From positions 17,816 to 81,815 of the forward strand of contig JAZUAD010000036.1 in the NCBI GenBank assembly GCA_045637825.1: a stretch of 64,000 nucleotides of DNA. The letters are read 5' to 3'. This stretch comes from Candidatus Onthoplasma sp. (GTDB taxonomy: Bacteria > Bacillota > Clostridia > Christensenellales > UBA1242). Shown here piece after piece: positions 45,280 to 54,240 of this stretch. The number at the start of each line of letters is the position of its first letter. The first letter of the stretch is position 1. Made by a program: the position numbers and the translations under genes. A model generated the notes under the pieces. The model saw only the letters and a program-made list of their open reading frames with translations. It was not told the DNA's origin and ran no database searches.

Positions 45280-45535
45280 AAATTTATCTCCTTTATGTTT
45301 AAATTAATAGTATCATAAGTGTCTGTATTTTGTCAATATTAAAATATAAAAAATTTAGTTTGAGTAAAACCGTGTAATAAATCAACTGAAAAATACATTA
45401 AAATTACAAAAAAATTCTTAAATATAGGGTTATTTTGCTTTACAGTATTTTAAATTTGTGCTATTATTCAGGTATAAAAATGGAAAAGATATTAATTATA
45501 TTAATATGTTTTCCTAGTTTAAGGGGGAATTTATT

Positions 45536-45733
45536 ATGTTATTTGAGCCACCTATTGATGAAATTGCTGAAAGAATAGGTAATGTGTACACTGCAACAAT
45601 TGTTATTGGAGCAAGGGCTAAGGAGTTGGAGAGTAAAATCCCTGGTTTGTTGAACGGAAGTTCTAACCTTGCTATTGAATATGCCTGCAAGGAAGTTCAT
45701 TCTGGCAAGGTAGTAGCACAACAAGTTAAATAA
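45536..45733 (+). CDS. rpoZ: DNA-directed RNA polymerase subunit omega
   Basis: 65 aa. IDEIAERIGNVYTATIVIGARAKEL is typical of RpoZ. GGGGGA SD. Confidence 0.85.
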   Translation: MLFEPPIDEIAERIGNVYTATIVIGARAKELESKIPGLLNGSSNLAIEYACKEVHSGKVVAQQVK

Positions 45734-47910
45734 TGATTGCAGAAGTTGTAGTTGACATATCTAATGACTCGGTTGACCGAGTCTATGATTATTTTGCGCT
45801 ACCAACAACGCAGGTTGGTATGCGTGTGCGTGTACCATTTGCAAATAGGTTAGTACTTGGCTATGTACTAAAACTAAAAGACGATACTGATTTTGATAAA
45901 TCTAAATTAAAAAGCATTAAGGAAAATCTTGATGATTTACCTTTGATTAAACCCGAATTAGTGGAATTAACCGATTTTATGTCTAGTCGGTTCTTTTTGC
46001 GTAAGGCAGATATATTTAAACTTATTTTGCCTGCTAGTATTCGTAATGATACGATTAAGGATAAGACCTATGAAGTAATTAAATTTACGGGCGATTTGGC
46101 CGAAATTTTGTCTAGTATGAACAAGAATGCAAAGTCGCAAATTGCAGCACTAAATTACCTAAACGAAAAAGGCGAGGAAATTAGGGCAAAACTAAGCGAA
46201 AAGTTTGGCGCAAGTGCTGTTAAAGGACTGATTGATAAAGGATTGGTACAAATTGATATTGTAAAACTTAATCGTACTCCTAGTGCTGAAGTAGTAAGTG
46301 ATAAGCGTGTTAAACTAAACAAGGGTCAACAATATGCTGTGGATACCATTTTAAATAGTGCCGACACTTATCTACTTAAAGGGGTTACAGGCAGTGGTAA
46401 GACCGAAGTGTATATGAATGTGATTGAACAACAACTAAAGCAAGGCAAAACCGCTATTATGCTAGTGCCAGAAATTTCGCTTACTCCACAAATGCTTAAT
46501 AGGTTTACTTCACGTTTTCCAAACAATGTGGCGGTGCTTCATAGCGGACTTAGCGATGGTGAAAAGTTTGATGAGTGGCAACGCATATTTAAGGGTGAGG
46601 CAAAGGTTGTGCTGGGCGCAAGGTCGGCTATTTTTGCTCCCGTTGAAAATTTGGGCGTGATAATTATTGATGAAGAACACGATAATTCGTATGTAAGCGA
46701 AAGCAATCCTAGATATATCACCGAAGATGTGGCAATTTGGCGCGGAAAATATAATAATGCACCAGTAATTTTGGGTAGCGCTACGCCTAAAATAGAAAGT
46801 TATCAAAAGGCGCTTGATGGAAAGTTTAAATTAATTGAACTTAATGAGCGTGTAAATAATCTTGAAATGCCATGTATTCAAGTGGTGGATATGCTAAACG
46901 AAGTGCTTGACGGCAACACATCTCCTTATAGTAGATTAATGATTGCAAAACTTAAAGAGTGTGTAAATAATGGCAAGCAAGCCATACTATTTATCAATCG
47001 TCGTGGTTATGCATCGTTTATGATGTGTAGGGAATGCGGATATATTGCAAAGTGTGATGACTGTGCTGTGTCGCTAGTATATCACAGTAACGAGGAAGAA
47101 TTAAAATGTCATTTTTGTGGTAAGAGATATAGGGCACTACGAAACTGTCCTAATTGTAAATCGGATTCAATAAAATATGGTGCTTTAGGTACGCAAAGGG
47201 TGGTTAATGAATTGCAAGAGATATTCCCTGATATTCCTATTTTCCGTATGGATAATGATACCACAAGACAAAAAGATGGACATAAAAAGATATTAATGCA
47301 GTTTAGTCAAACTAGTCCTAGTATTTTAGTAGGAACTCAAATGATTGCAAAGGGGCATGATTATCCTAATGTTGCGTTTGTGGGAATATTAGATGCAGAT
47401 GTGAGTTTGTACACCAGTGATTATAGGTCTACTGAGCGCACTTTCCAACTTGTTACTCAGGTGGCTGGGCGTACGGGACGTAAAAATAATGATGGCTTTG
47501 TAGTGCTACAAACTTATGCACCAAAGCATTATGTGTATCGCTTTGCTAGTCAATATGACTATGTAGGATTTTACAACAAGGAAATTAATTTAAGGGAAAC
47601 AACAATGTTTCCGCCATTTAGTCATATTATCCGTATACTGATTAGTAGTGAAGATGAGCAAAGATGTATTCAAACTACCAAAAAAATTTATGATAGGGCA
47701 TTGAAATTAAAAGCAAAATATGGTACAATGTTTATGTTTTTACAAGCAATGCCAGCACCGGTTAAACGTATTCAACGCAAATTTAGGTATCAAATACTTA
47801 TGCGTGTAGGACTTGATGATAACTTGGTTAGCGATATTTATAGCATTGCTGATATTATTGAAAAGGACGTGTCAATATTTGTTGAGCACAATCCAAATAA
47901 TTTACGATAG
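45733..47910 (+). CDS. priA: Primosomal protein N' (replication restart helicase PriA)
   Basis: GVTGSGKTEVY Walker A, IIDEEHD, and the cysteine-rich zinc region CRECGYIAKCDDCAVSLVYH...CHFCG...CPNC. Confidence 0.93.
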   Translation: MIAEVVVDISNDSVDRVYDYFALPTTQVGMRVRVPFANRLVLGYVLKLKDDTDFDKSKLKSIKENLDDLPLIKPELVELTDFMSSRFFLRKADIFKLILPASIRNDTIKDKTYEVIKFTGDLAEILSSMNKNAKSQIAALNYLNEKGEEIRAKLSEKFGASAVKGLIDKGLVQIDIVKLNRTPSAEVVSDKRVKLNKGQQYAVDTILNSADTYLLKGVTGSGKTEVYMNVIEQQLKQGKTAIMLVPEISLTPQMLNRFTSRFPNNVAVLHSGLSDGEKFDEWQRIFKGEAKVVLGARSAIFAPVENLGVIIIDEEHDNSYVSESNPRYITEDVAIWRGKYNNAPVILGSATPKIESYQKALDGKFKLIELNERVNNLEMPCIQVVDMLNEVLDGNTSPYSRLMIAKLKECVNNGKQAILFINRRGYASFMMCRECGYIAKCDDCAVSLVYHSNEEELKCHFCGKRYRALRNCPNCKSDSIKYGALGTQRVVNELQEIFPDIPIFRMDNDTTRQKDGHKKILMQFSQTSPSILVGTQMIAKGHDYPNVAFVGILDADVSLYTSDYRSTERTFQLVTQVAGRTGRKNNDGFVVLQTYAPKHYVYRFASQYDYVGFYNKEINLRETTMFPPFSHIIRILISSEDEQRCIQTTKKIYDRALKLKAKYGTMFMFLQAMPAPVKRIQRKFRYQILMRVGLDDNLVSDIYSIADIIEKDVSIFVEHNPNNLR

Positions 47911-47919
47911 GAGAAAATT

Positions 47920-48378
47920 ATGGCAATTAGAGAAATTGTACAACATACTGACCCATTTATTAGGAAAAAATCTAGGGACGTTAAATTTATTGATGACAAT
48001 ATTATTGAATTACTTGATGATATGAAGGAAACTGTGCTAGCGGCTAATGGTTCAGGTCTTGCTGCAGTTCAAGTAGGAGTGCTTAAACGCATTTTTGTAA
48101 TCAATATTAATGGCGCATACCTTGAATTTATTAATCCTCAAATTATTAAGCAATCGGGCGAGCAACACCAAGTGGAAGGTTGCTTAAGTGTTAAAATGCC
48201 TTATGGCTATGTTAAACGTCCTATGCATGTAACAGTTAAAGCACTTGACCGTAGTGGCAACGAATTTACTTTTAGTGGAACAGATTATACCGCTATTGCT
48301 CTTTGCCACGAATATGACCATCTTGACGGTATTATCTACACCGATAAGTGCGAAAGATTTTTGAAAGATGGGGAGTAA
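47920..48378 (+). CDS. def: Peptide deformylase
   Basis: GSGLAAVQVG, EGCLS and HEYDHLDG motifs. Confidence 0.93.
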   Translation: MAIREIVQHTDPFIRKKSRDVKFIDDNIIELLDDMKETVLAANGSGLAAVQVGVLKRIFVININGAYLEFINPQIIKQSGEQHQVEGCLSVKMPYGYVKRPMHVTVKALDRSGNEFTFSGTDYTAIALCHEYDHLDGIIYTDKCERFLKDGE

Positions 48379-48379
48379 T

Positions 48380-48943
48380 ATGGAAAAGCAATTTATGTTT
48401 AAGATTGCTAGCGGGAAAGATTCACTTTTAGTTAAAAATTTAATAAATCAAATGTATGGCATTGAATATGAAACACGTGCTGATAAAGACATTGCCTTAT
48501 CTATTAATAACAAAACTGAAATATACATTTTAGCCTATGTAGATGATAAATGTGTTGGATTTTCAGGGGCTTCATTAAACAATGAATATTATGCGGATAT
48601 TATTTCATCAGATGTGGCGGTTATTGACTATATTTATGTCGATGAAAATTTAAGGGATATAAGTATCTCGTTTCAATTAATATCACAACTTTTAAAAGTT
48701 TTGGTAGATATGGATGTAAAACAAGCCATTATGCAAGTTCAAACTTTTAACAAGCAAAGGTTTTTTCATTATGCTTTAAGCGATAAAAATATTATCAAAT
48801 CGACAACAAGCGAAAAAGAAGGGCAAACTTACGAAGACCAAATTTTATTAATTGAAGATTTGGAAAAAACATCTAATATAACTCCAAAAGAGTTGATGTC
48901 TAAAGCATATAAATATAAAATTCAAAGTTTACAATCACTATAA
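48380..48943 (+). CDS. GNAT-like acetyltransferase-fold protein
   Basis: IYILAYVDDKCVGFSG...IDYIYVDENLR pattern resembles GNAT beta4-alpha3, without a clean Q/RxxGxG/A motif. ATG at 48380 with GGGGAG SD. Confidence 0.45.
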   Translation: MEKQFMFKIASGKDSLLVKNLINQMYGIEYETRADKDIALSINNKTEIYILAYVDDKCVGFSGASLNNEYYADIISSDVAVIDYIYVDENLRDISISFQLISQLLKVLVDMDVKQAIMQVQTFNKQRFFHYALSDKNIIKSTTSEKEGQTYEDQILLIEDLEKTSNITPKELMSKAYKYKIQSLQSL

Positions 48944-48954
48944 GGAGAAACATT

Positions 48955-49512
48955 TTGAATAATATTTTTGATAAATATAGCATTAACACATCACAAGATT
49001 TAATGAAGTTCTTTGAAGATAATATGCAATATGGATTTACATATAGAGGCAAAGTTTATACCGATTTGGAACCAGATTTTCAAAAGAATATGGACAAGTT
49101 TTATAAAATCAGACTAGGTGAAGATTTTATAAACAGTGGTTACGGTGTTTGTTGGGATTTTTGTGAATTTGAAAGATTGTTTTTTAGTAGTTTCAACATT
49201 GAACATAAATGTTATTTTATTGAAAGTTATGTAAATAAAACCACTGGCGGACCAACTCATACATTTACACTATTTAAGCAAAAAAACAAGTGGTATTGGT
49301 TTGAATATAGTTGGTTTTATCATCGTGGAATATGGGAATATAATTCACTTGATGAAGCATTAAAAGACATATTAAATAAATTTGACGAATTCTATGATAA
49401 AAAACTTATCAATATTGGATTATATCAAACCGAGAAGATTATAAAAAGATTAAACACTTTTGAATTTGTAGAGCACTGCTTAAATGGTAAGAAATTAGAT
49501 TTTAAAAAGTAA
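48955..49512 (+). CDS. Hypothetical protein, transglutaminase-like / papain-like Cys-His fold candidate
   Basis: GYGVCWDFCEFERLFF (Cys at a helix start) followed by PTHTFTLF...WYWFEYSW fits the C...H...polar triad spacing of transglutaminase-like proteins. TTG start with AAGGAG SD. Confidence 0.4.
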   Translation: MNNIFDKYSINTSQDLMKFFEDNMQYGFTYRGKVYTDLEPDFQKNMDKFYKIRLGEDFINSGYGVCWDFCEFERLFFSSFNIEHKCYFIESYVNKTTGGPTHTFTLFKQKNKWYWFEYSWFYHRGIWEYNSLDEALKDILNKFDEFYDKKLINIGLYQTEKIIKRLNTFEFVEHCLNGKKLDFKK

Positions 49513-49532
49513 AAATTAAGGATAAAAAATTT

Positions 49533-50016
49533 ATGGAATACAAAATAGCAACATTAGAAGAATATATTGCTGTATGGGAAAAGGATATTGCAAAGCGTCC
49601 ACACAAGAAATCAGAATGGGAAGCAATGCGAGATGCGTATATCCCTGCTTTTAAAAATAAAGAATTAACTACTTTTATTGCAAAAGATGGTGAAGATATT
49701 ATTGCACAAAGTAGTTACTGACCCTAATTTTAAAGAGGTCAAAGGACTAGAAGGATTGTGTGATGGAAAGACTATTGCACACATGAATGCTTTTAGATGT
49801 GATAAAGAATATGAAGGTCAAGGACATATTTCTAAACTTGTAAAAATGGGAGAACAATGGGCTAAAGAGCAAGGGTTTAAATATGCAACAATAGGAGCTA
49901 GTGCTACCAATGTTCGCAATATTCAAATATACTTTCACTTTGGATATACGGAATTTGTTTTATGCGAACATCTTGAAAATGGCAAAGTGGTTTTAAACTA
50001 CAAAAAGGAATTATAA
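49533..50016 (+). pseudogene. GNAT N-acetyltransferase interrupted by a +1 frameshift (or an assembly error)
   Basis: Frame 1 ends ...IAKDGEDIIAQSSY* at 49721. The next frame continues VVTDPNFKEV...FRCDKEYEGQGHISKLVKMGEQWAKEQGF (GNAT motif A-like). The junction is at the A-run 49708-49710. Confidence 0.5.
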
Positions 50017-50017
50017 A

Positions 50018-50923
50018 ATGGAAAATATAATTAAAGAAATTCTACATAAAAAAAATATACCTTATCAAAAAATTAAAAAAGCAACGTCGGGTTTTACAAA
50101 CTTAGTTTACTTTATTGATGATAAATTTGTAATTAAGATGTCAAAAGAAAATGATATAAAGAAAAAACTTGATAAGGAAACTTCTATTTATCAAAATATA
50201 AAGATGGAAAATATTCCACAGTTTGTTGCAAATGGATGTTTTGAAGATTATCAATATTTGATTATGACTAAATTGCATGGCAAAAGTTTATATTCTATTT
50301 GGCATACTTTGTCAAATAGTGAAAGAAAGTCATGCGTATCACAAATAGCAGATATTTTAAAAGAATTTAATAGGCAAAATGGAGCGTTTTTAAGTAAAGA
50401 ATACAAGGACTTAGATTGGACTAATTATTTAACAAATGAATTAACATCAAAAGCTTTAGCACTTAAAGAATTGGGATATAATGTAGAAAGCATTAATAAC
50501 TTTATTACAAAAGATTTACCTAATTTATTTGATAAAAATACTTTTGGATTAGTGTATAATGATGCACATTTTGATAATTTTATCTATGATAATGGTAAAC
50601 TTAGTTTGATTGATTTTGATAGAGTTAGATATTGTCCTATTGATTATGAAATGTTAATATTTAAAACAATGTGTGACAATCCTAGCAAGTTTGCAAGCGA
50701 AGAAGATGAGGACAAAATTGTTGACGAACATTATGCTGGTATTTACGAGCAATTTAAGGCAGAGTATACTGAGATGTTTGAAGATAAAAATGTTGGAAAT
50801 AGGATAAAAGTGTATCAATTTAATTATTTGATTAGACAAGCGATAGGAAGTAAAAATCATGCTTGGATACAAGAATTATTAAATCAATTTGAACAAGATT
50901 TTATACAAGGGAAAGTAAGATAA
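50018..50923 (+). CDS. Aminoglycoside/choline-kinase-type phosphotransferase (APH family)
   Basis: TSGFTNLVYFI...FVIKM (nucleotide-binding Lys), VYNDAHFDNFIY (catalytic Dx4N loop) and SLIDFDR (DFG-equivalent). Confidence 0.75.
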   Translation: MENIIKEILHKKNIPYQKIKKATSGFTNLVYFIDDKFVIKMSKENDIKKKLDKETSIYQNIKMENIPQFVANGCFEDYQYLIMTKLHGKSLYSIWHTLSNSERKSCVSQIADILKEFNRQNGAFLSKEYKDLDWTNYLTNELTSKALALKELGYNVESINNFITKDLPNLFDKNTFGLVYNDAHFDNFIYDNGKLSLIDFDRVRYCPIDYEMLIFKTMCDNPSKFASEEDEDKIVDEHYAGIYEQFKAEYTEMFEDKNVGNRIKVYQFNYLIRQAIGSKNHAWIQELLNQFEQDFIQGKVR

Positions 50924-51850
50924 ATGAATATAGTGTTTTTTGGAACTAATGAGTTTAGTGCTACGGTGGCGGAAGCCATTTTAAATAGTGAGCATAAGAT
51001 TTTGGCAGTGGTGGCACAACCTGATAAGGCAAATAGTAGGGGTGGAAAGGTTAAGTTTAATGCACTTAAACAATTTTCATTAGATAATAATATACCACTT
51101 CATCAATTTGCTAAACTTAATATTGAAGGTGAAGAAGTGTTGCGTGGGTACAATGCGGACTTTTTTGTAACCGCTTCTTATGGTCAAATTATTAAACAAA
51201 ACATACTTGATTTGCCTAAATATAGTATTGTAAACGTACACGGCTCATTATTACCAAAATATCGTGGACCAGCACCTATTCAGTGGAGCATAATTAATGG
51301 CGAAAAGGTTACAGGAATAACTATTATGAAAACCGAACTTGGACTTGACTGTGGTGAAATGTATTTAAAAAGGGAAATTGAAATTACACCAGAGGACACT
51401 AGCGATAGTTTGTTTAGTAAAATGGCGATTGTTGGTGGCGAGGCGATAGTAGAATTTTTGGATAATGCCGATCATTACATAAATAATGGCGAATTACAAA
51501 ACGAAAGCGAAATGACCTACTTTCCAATGCTAACCAAGGAAATGGCACATATTGACTTTCATACACCTAGCGAGAAGTTAGTCAACTTAATTCGTGGACA
51601 ATATAGTTGCAATACAATGTATTTTATGTTTAATGGCGCTAGATACAAGGTTGGTTTTGCAAAAGTGGTTGAAGGTAAAGGTCAAGCGGGCGAAGTGTTA
51701 GAGGCAAGTGCTAAGAAAGGGCTTATAATTGCCACCAGTGATAGCGCTATTGAAATAATTAAAATTCAACCAGAAGGCAAACCAATGATGGACGCACGAG
51801 CATTCTGCAATGGTGGAAAAATCAAAGTTGGAAATGTATTAAACATTTAA
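50924..51850 (+). CDS. fmt: Methionyl-tRNA formyltransferase
   Basis: MNIVFFGTNEFS, NVHGSLLPKYRGPAPIQWSIING signature, C-terminal OB-like domain. Confidence 0.93.
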   Translation: MNIVFFGTNEFSATVAEAILNSEHKILAVVAQPDKANSRGGKVKFNALKQFSLDNNIPLHQFAKLNIEGEEVLRGYNADFFVTASYGQIIKQNILDLPKYSIVNVHGSLLPKYRGPAPIQWSIINGEKVTGITIMKTELGLDCGEMYLKREIEITPEDTSDSLFSKMAIVGGEAIVEFLDNADHYINNGELQNESEMTYFPMLTKEMAHIDFHTPSEKLVNLIRGQYSCNTMYFMFNGARYKVGFAKVVEGKGQAGEVLEASAKKGLIIATSDSAIEIIKIQPEGKPMMDARAFCNGGKIKVGNVLNI

Positions 51851-51863
51851 AAAGGATAAAAAA

Positions 51864-52889
51864 GTGAAAATACTAGCAGATTATAGTTTAAATGAATTAC
51901 AAGAATTACTTAACTTGCCTAAGTTTAGGGTTAAGCAGATTTTTGATGCAATAATGCAAGCCAAAGACTATAATCAAACCACTATTCCTAAAAAGATGTA
52001 CGAGGAATTGCAAGGCGAATATATTTTAAAGCCGGTTGAGATTTTTGAAGTATACAAGTCGAGTGATGGCACTAAAAAATATTTGTTAAAGTTGTGGGAT
52101 AACAATATTATTGAATGTGTGTTCCTGACTCAAAACTATGGCAACACAATTTGTATGTCAACGCAAGTGGGGTGTCGTATGGGTTGTAAGTTTTGTGCCT
52201 CTACTTGCAATGGATTAATACGTAATTTAACTGCTGGCGAAATGATAAGTTGTATTGCATGCGTAAGTGCCGATAATGGCAAGTGTAACGAGCGTAATTT
52301 TACCAACATTGTGCTTATGGGCAGTGGTGAGCCATTTGATAATTATGACAATGTAGTTAAGTTTTTACGCCTTATATCAAGCGTTGATGGTTTTAATGTA
52401 AGCGAACGTAATATTTCACTTTCTACTTGCGGACTGGTGCCAAAAATTTATGATTTTATGAAGGAAGATTTGAGTGTTACACTTTGTGTGTCCCTACATG
52501 CAAGTACTGATGAAGTTCGTAAAACTATAATGCCTATTGCTAATGCCTATACTATTGATGAAATTGTAAAAGCATTACGTGTGTATAGCGAAACTACTAA
52601 ACGACGTGTGGTGCTAGAATATTGCTTAATCAAAGATGTAAACGATAGTTTTGAGGACTGTAAACGCCTCTCAAATTTATTTAAAGGTATTACTTGCCAC
52701 TTTAACGTAATATGCCTAAATCCTAATGGTGGAAGTTTAAAAGCAACCACCAAGAAGGAAGCGTATGCGTTTGTGGCAAAACTTGAAAGTTTAGGATTAA
52801 GTGCAAGTTTACGCCGTAGTCAAGGTAGCGACATCAATGGTGCTTGTGGGCAACTTAGGGCTAAACGATTAAAGGAAATTGAGGAATAA
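51864..52889 (+). CDS. rlmN: 23S rRNA/tRNA (adenine-C2)-methyltransferase, radical SAM
   Basis: FRVKQIF N-terminal motif, CRMGCKFCAS radical SAM cluster, GMGEP-like MGSGEP, C-terminal GACGQL. Confidence 0.92.
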   Translation: MKILADYSLNELQELLNLPKFRVKQIFDAIMQAKDYNQTTIPKKMYEELQGEYILKPVEIFEVYKSSDGTKKYLLKLWDNNIIECVFLTQNYGNTICMSTQVGCRMGCKFCASTCNGLIRNLTAGEMISCIACVSADNGKCNERNFTNIVLMGSGEPFDNYDNVVKFLRLISSVDGFNVSERNISLSTCGLVPKIYDFMKEDLSVTLCVSLHASTDEVRKTIMPIANAYTIDEIVKALRVYSETTKRRVVLEYCLIKDVNDSFEDCKRLSNLFKGITCHFNVICLNPNGGSLKATTKKEAYAFVAKLESLGLSASLRRSQGSDINGACGQLRAKRLKEIEE

Positions 52890-52890
52890 A

Positions 52891-53361
52891 ATGTTAGATA
52901 AATATGATGGTACATATACTCATTGTTCAGATTGTAAGATAAAAAAGAACTGCTGTTGTGATTTTGATGATGAAATTGACAATATTGTTACAACGGTAAA
53001 GGAAAAAGAACAAATATTACAAAGAGTTGGTAAAACTTATGAAAAATATTTTTTAAAGATAAATAATGAGGCTTTTAATATTTTAAATGTGAAAGGAATT
53101 TGTCCTTTTTATAATAAAGCTTGTACAATTTACGATATTCGACCTAGTGATTGTAGGCTATTTCCGTATGATTTAAAAGAAATAAACGGGAAGTATTATT
53201 TGATACAATATGATTTACCATGTGGTAGTAAAAATGTAAATGAAGATGTGGATGAAGTAATAGATGTTTTAAAAACCATAATTACAACTTATACAGACAA
53301 AAAAATAGAAGAAAGGGTTAACAATTTAGAATATAGGATTATAAAAGAAATTAATGTCTAA
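52891..53361 (+). CDS. YkgJ-family cysteine-cluster protein (UPF0153)
   Basis: CSDCKIKKNCCC and CPFYNKACTIYDIRPSDCRLFP motifs. ATG at 52891 with GAGGAA SD. Confidence 0.7.
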   Translation: MLDKYDGTYTHCSDCKIKKNCCCDFDDEIDNIVTTVKEKEQILQRVGKTYEKYFLKINNEAFNILNVKGICPFYNKACTIYDIRPSDCRLFPYDLKEINGKYYLIQYDLPCGSKNVNEDVDEVIDVLKTIITTYTDKKIEERVNNLEYRIIKEINV

Positions 53362-53388
53362 AAATCTAGACATTAATTTTTTTATGTG
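53351..53388 (+). repeat. 38-nt direct repeat, copy 1 (terminator hairpin + T-run + TG of an extended -10)
   Basis: TTAATGTCTAAAAATCTAGACATTAATTTTTTTATGTG is identical to 54096-54133. It contains the 10-bp stem TTAATGTCTA/TAGACATTAA. Confidence 0.9.
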
Positions 53389-53412
53389 ATATAATTTTAT
53401 AAAGGATAATAT

Positions 53413-54099
53413 ATGAAGACTTGGAAAGGGTATAGTGTTTTAGATTTAGTGTTATTGTTGCTTGGAGTTTGCTCGGTTGTAGTAGTGTCATTTTTTATAG
53501 GATTTAAATGGTATGTTCTCATTCAAAGTTTGTTGTTTATATTTATGGTATTTACTCAAGCAAAGGGAAAGATAATAACATTGTTTATAGGGATTGTTAC
53601 ATTTCTTTTTTACATTATTATTTCATATAGTCAAAAATTATATGGCGAAGCAATGGTTTATGCAATATTTTTATTGCCATTATATATTTATGGTGTAATA
53701 CATTGGTTAAAGCATAAAGACTTAAATAACGTTGTAAGAGTTCGTGGCAATTTAACCGGTAAAGAATGGACACTAATGATAGAAGTATTGGTAATTATAT
53801 CAATCGGCAGTTTTTTCTTGCTAAAAGCATTAGAAACATCTCAATTGATTGTAAGCACTTTATCTTTTGTATCAATGCTACCTGCTGTATATTTATTGGC
53901 CAGAAGATGTAAATGGAACCAAATAGCATTTTTAATTAATGATATATTTCTTGTGATTTTGTGGATAAGATTGGCGGTTTCTGGAAATACAACATTTATA
54001 CCCATGGTAATATGCTTTTTATTTCAAACAATATATGACATATATGGATTGTTTGAATGGTTTAAATTGGAAAATAAACAAAATAAAAATATAAGTTAA
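53413..54099 (+). CDS. pnuC: Probable nicotinamide riboside transporter PnuC
   Basis: 228 aa, about 7 TM helices, Trp-rich loops and a NQIAFLINDIFLVILWI-type segment reminiscent of the PnuC family. Recognised by eye only. Confidence 0.55.
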   Translation: MKTWKGYSVLDLVLLLLGVCSVVVVSFFIGFKWYVLIQSLLFIFMVFTQAKGKIITLFIGIVTFLFYIIISYSQKLYGEAMVYAIFLLPLYIYGVIHWLKHKDLNNVVRVRGNLTGKEWTLMIEVLVIISIGSFFLLKALETSQLIVSTLSFVSMLPAVYLLARRCKWNQIAFLINDIFLVILWIRLAVSGNTTFIPMVICFLFQTIYDIYGLFEWFKLENKQNKNIS

Positions 54100-54133
54100 T
54101 GTCTAAAAATCTAGACATTAATTTTTTTATGTG
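54096..54133 (+). repeat. 38-nt direct repeat, copy 2
   Basis: Identical to 53351-53388. Followed by GTATACT (copy 1 is followed by ATATAAT). Confidence 0.9.
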
Positions 54134-54240
54134 GTATACTATTGGTAGAAATAAACTTAAAGTAAATGATAATATTAACTTAGGACAAACATTATTAAAT
54201 TTTACTTTGAATAAATTATAAAAAATTTAAGAGGTGAATT

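Noticed and set aside
49716-49727. TGA read as a sense codon (genetic code 4/25) to rescue the split GNAT
   Set aside because: Reading through the TGA at 49719 meets a TAA two codons later. All other genes in the window are full length under the standard code with TGA, TAA and TAG stops.
54140-54225. Possible structured leader or riboswitch upstream of rpe (ACTTAAAGTAAA ... TTTACTTTGAAT pairing), and a pnuC-motif/NAD riboswitch upstream of pnuC
   Set aside because: The rpe leader pairing is short, AT-only and matches no riboswitch consensus I know. The pnuC 5' UTR is only about 20 nt, too short for any riboswitch.
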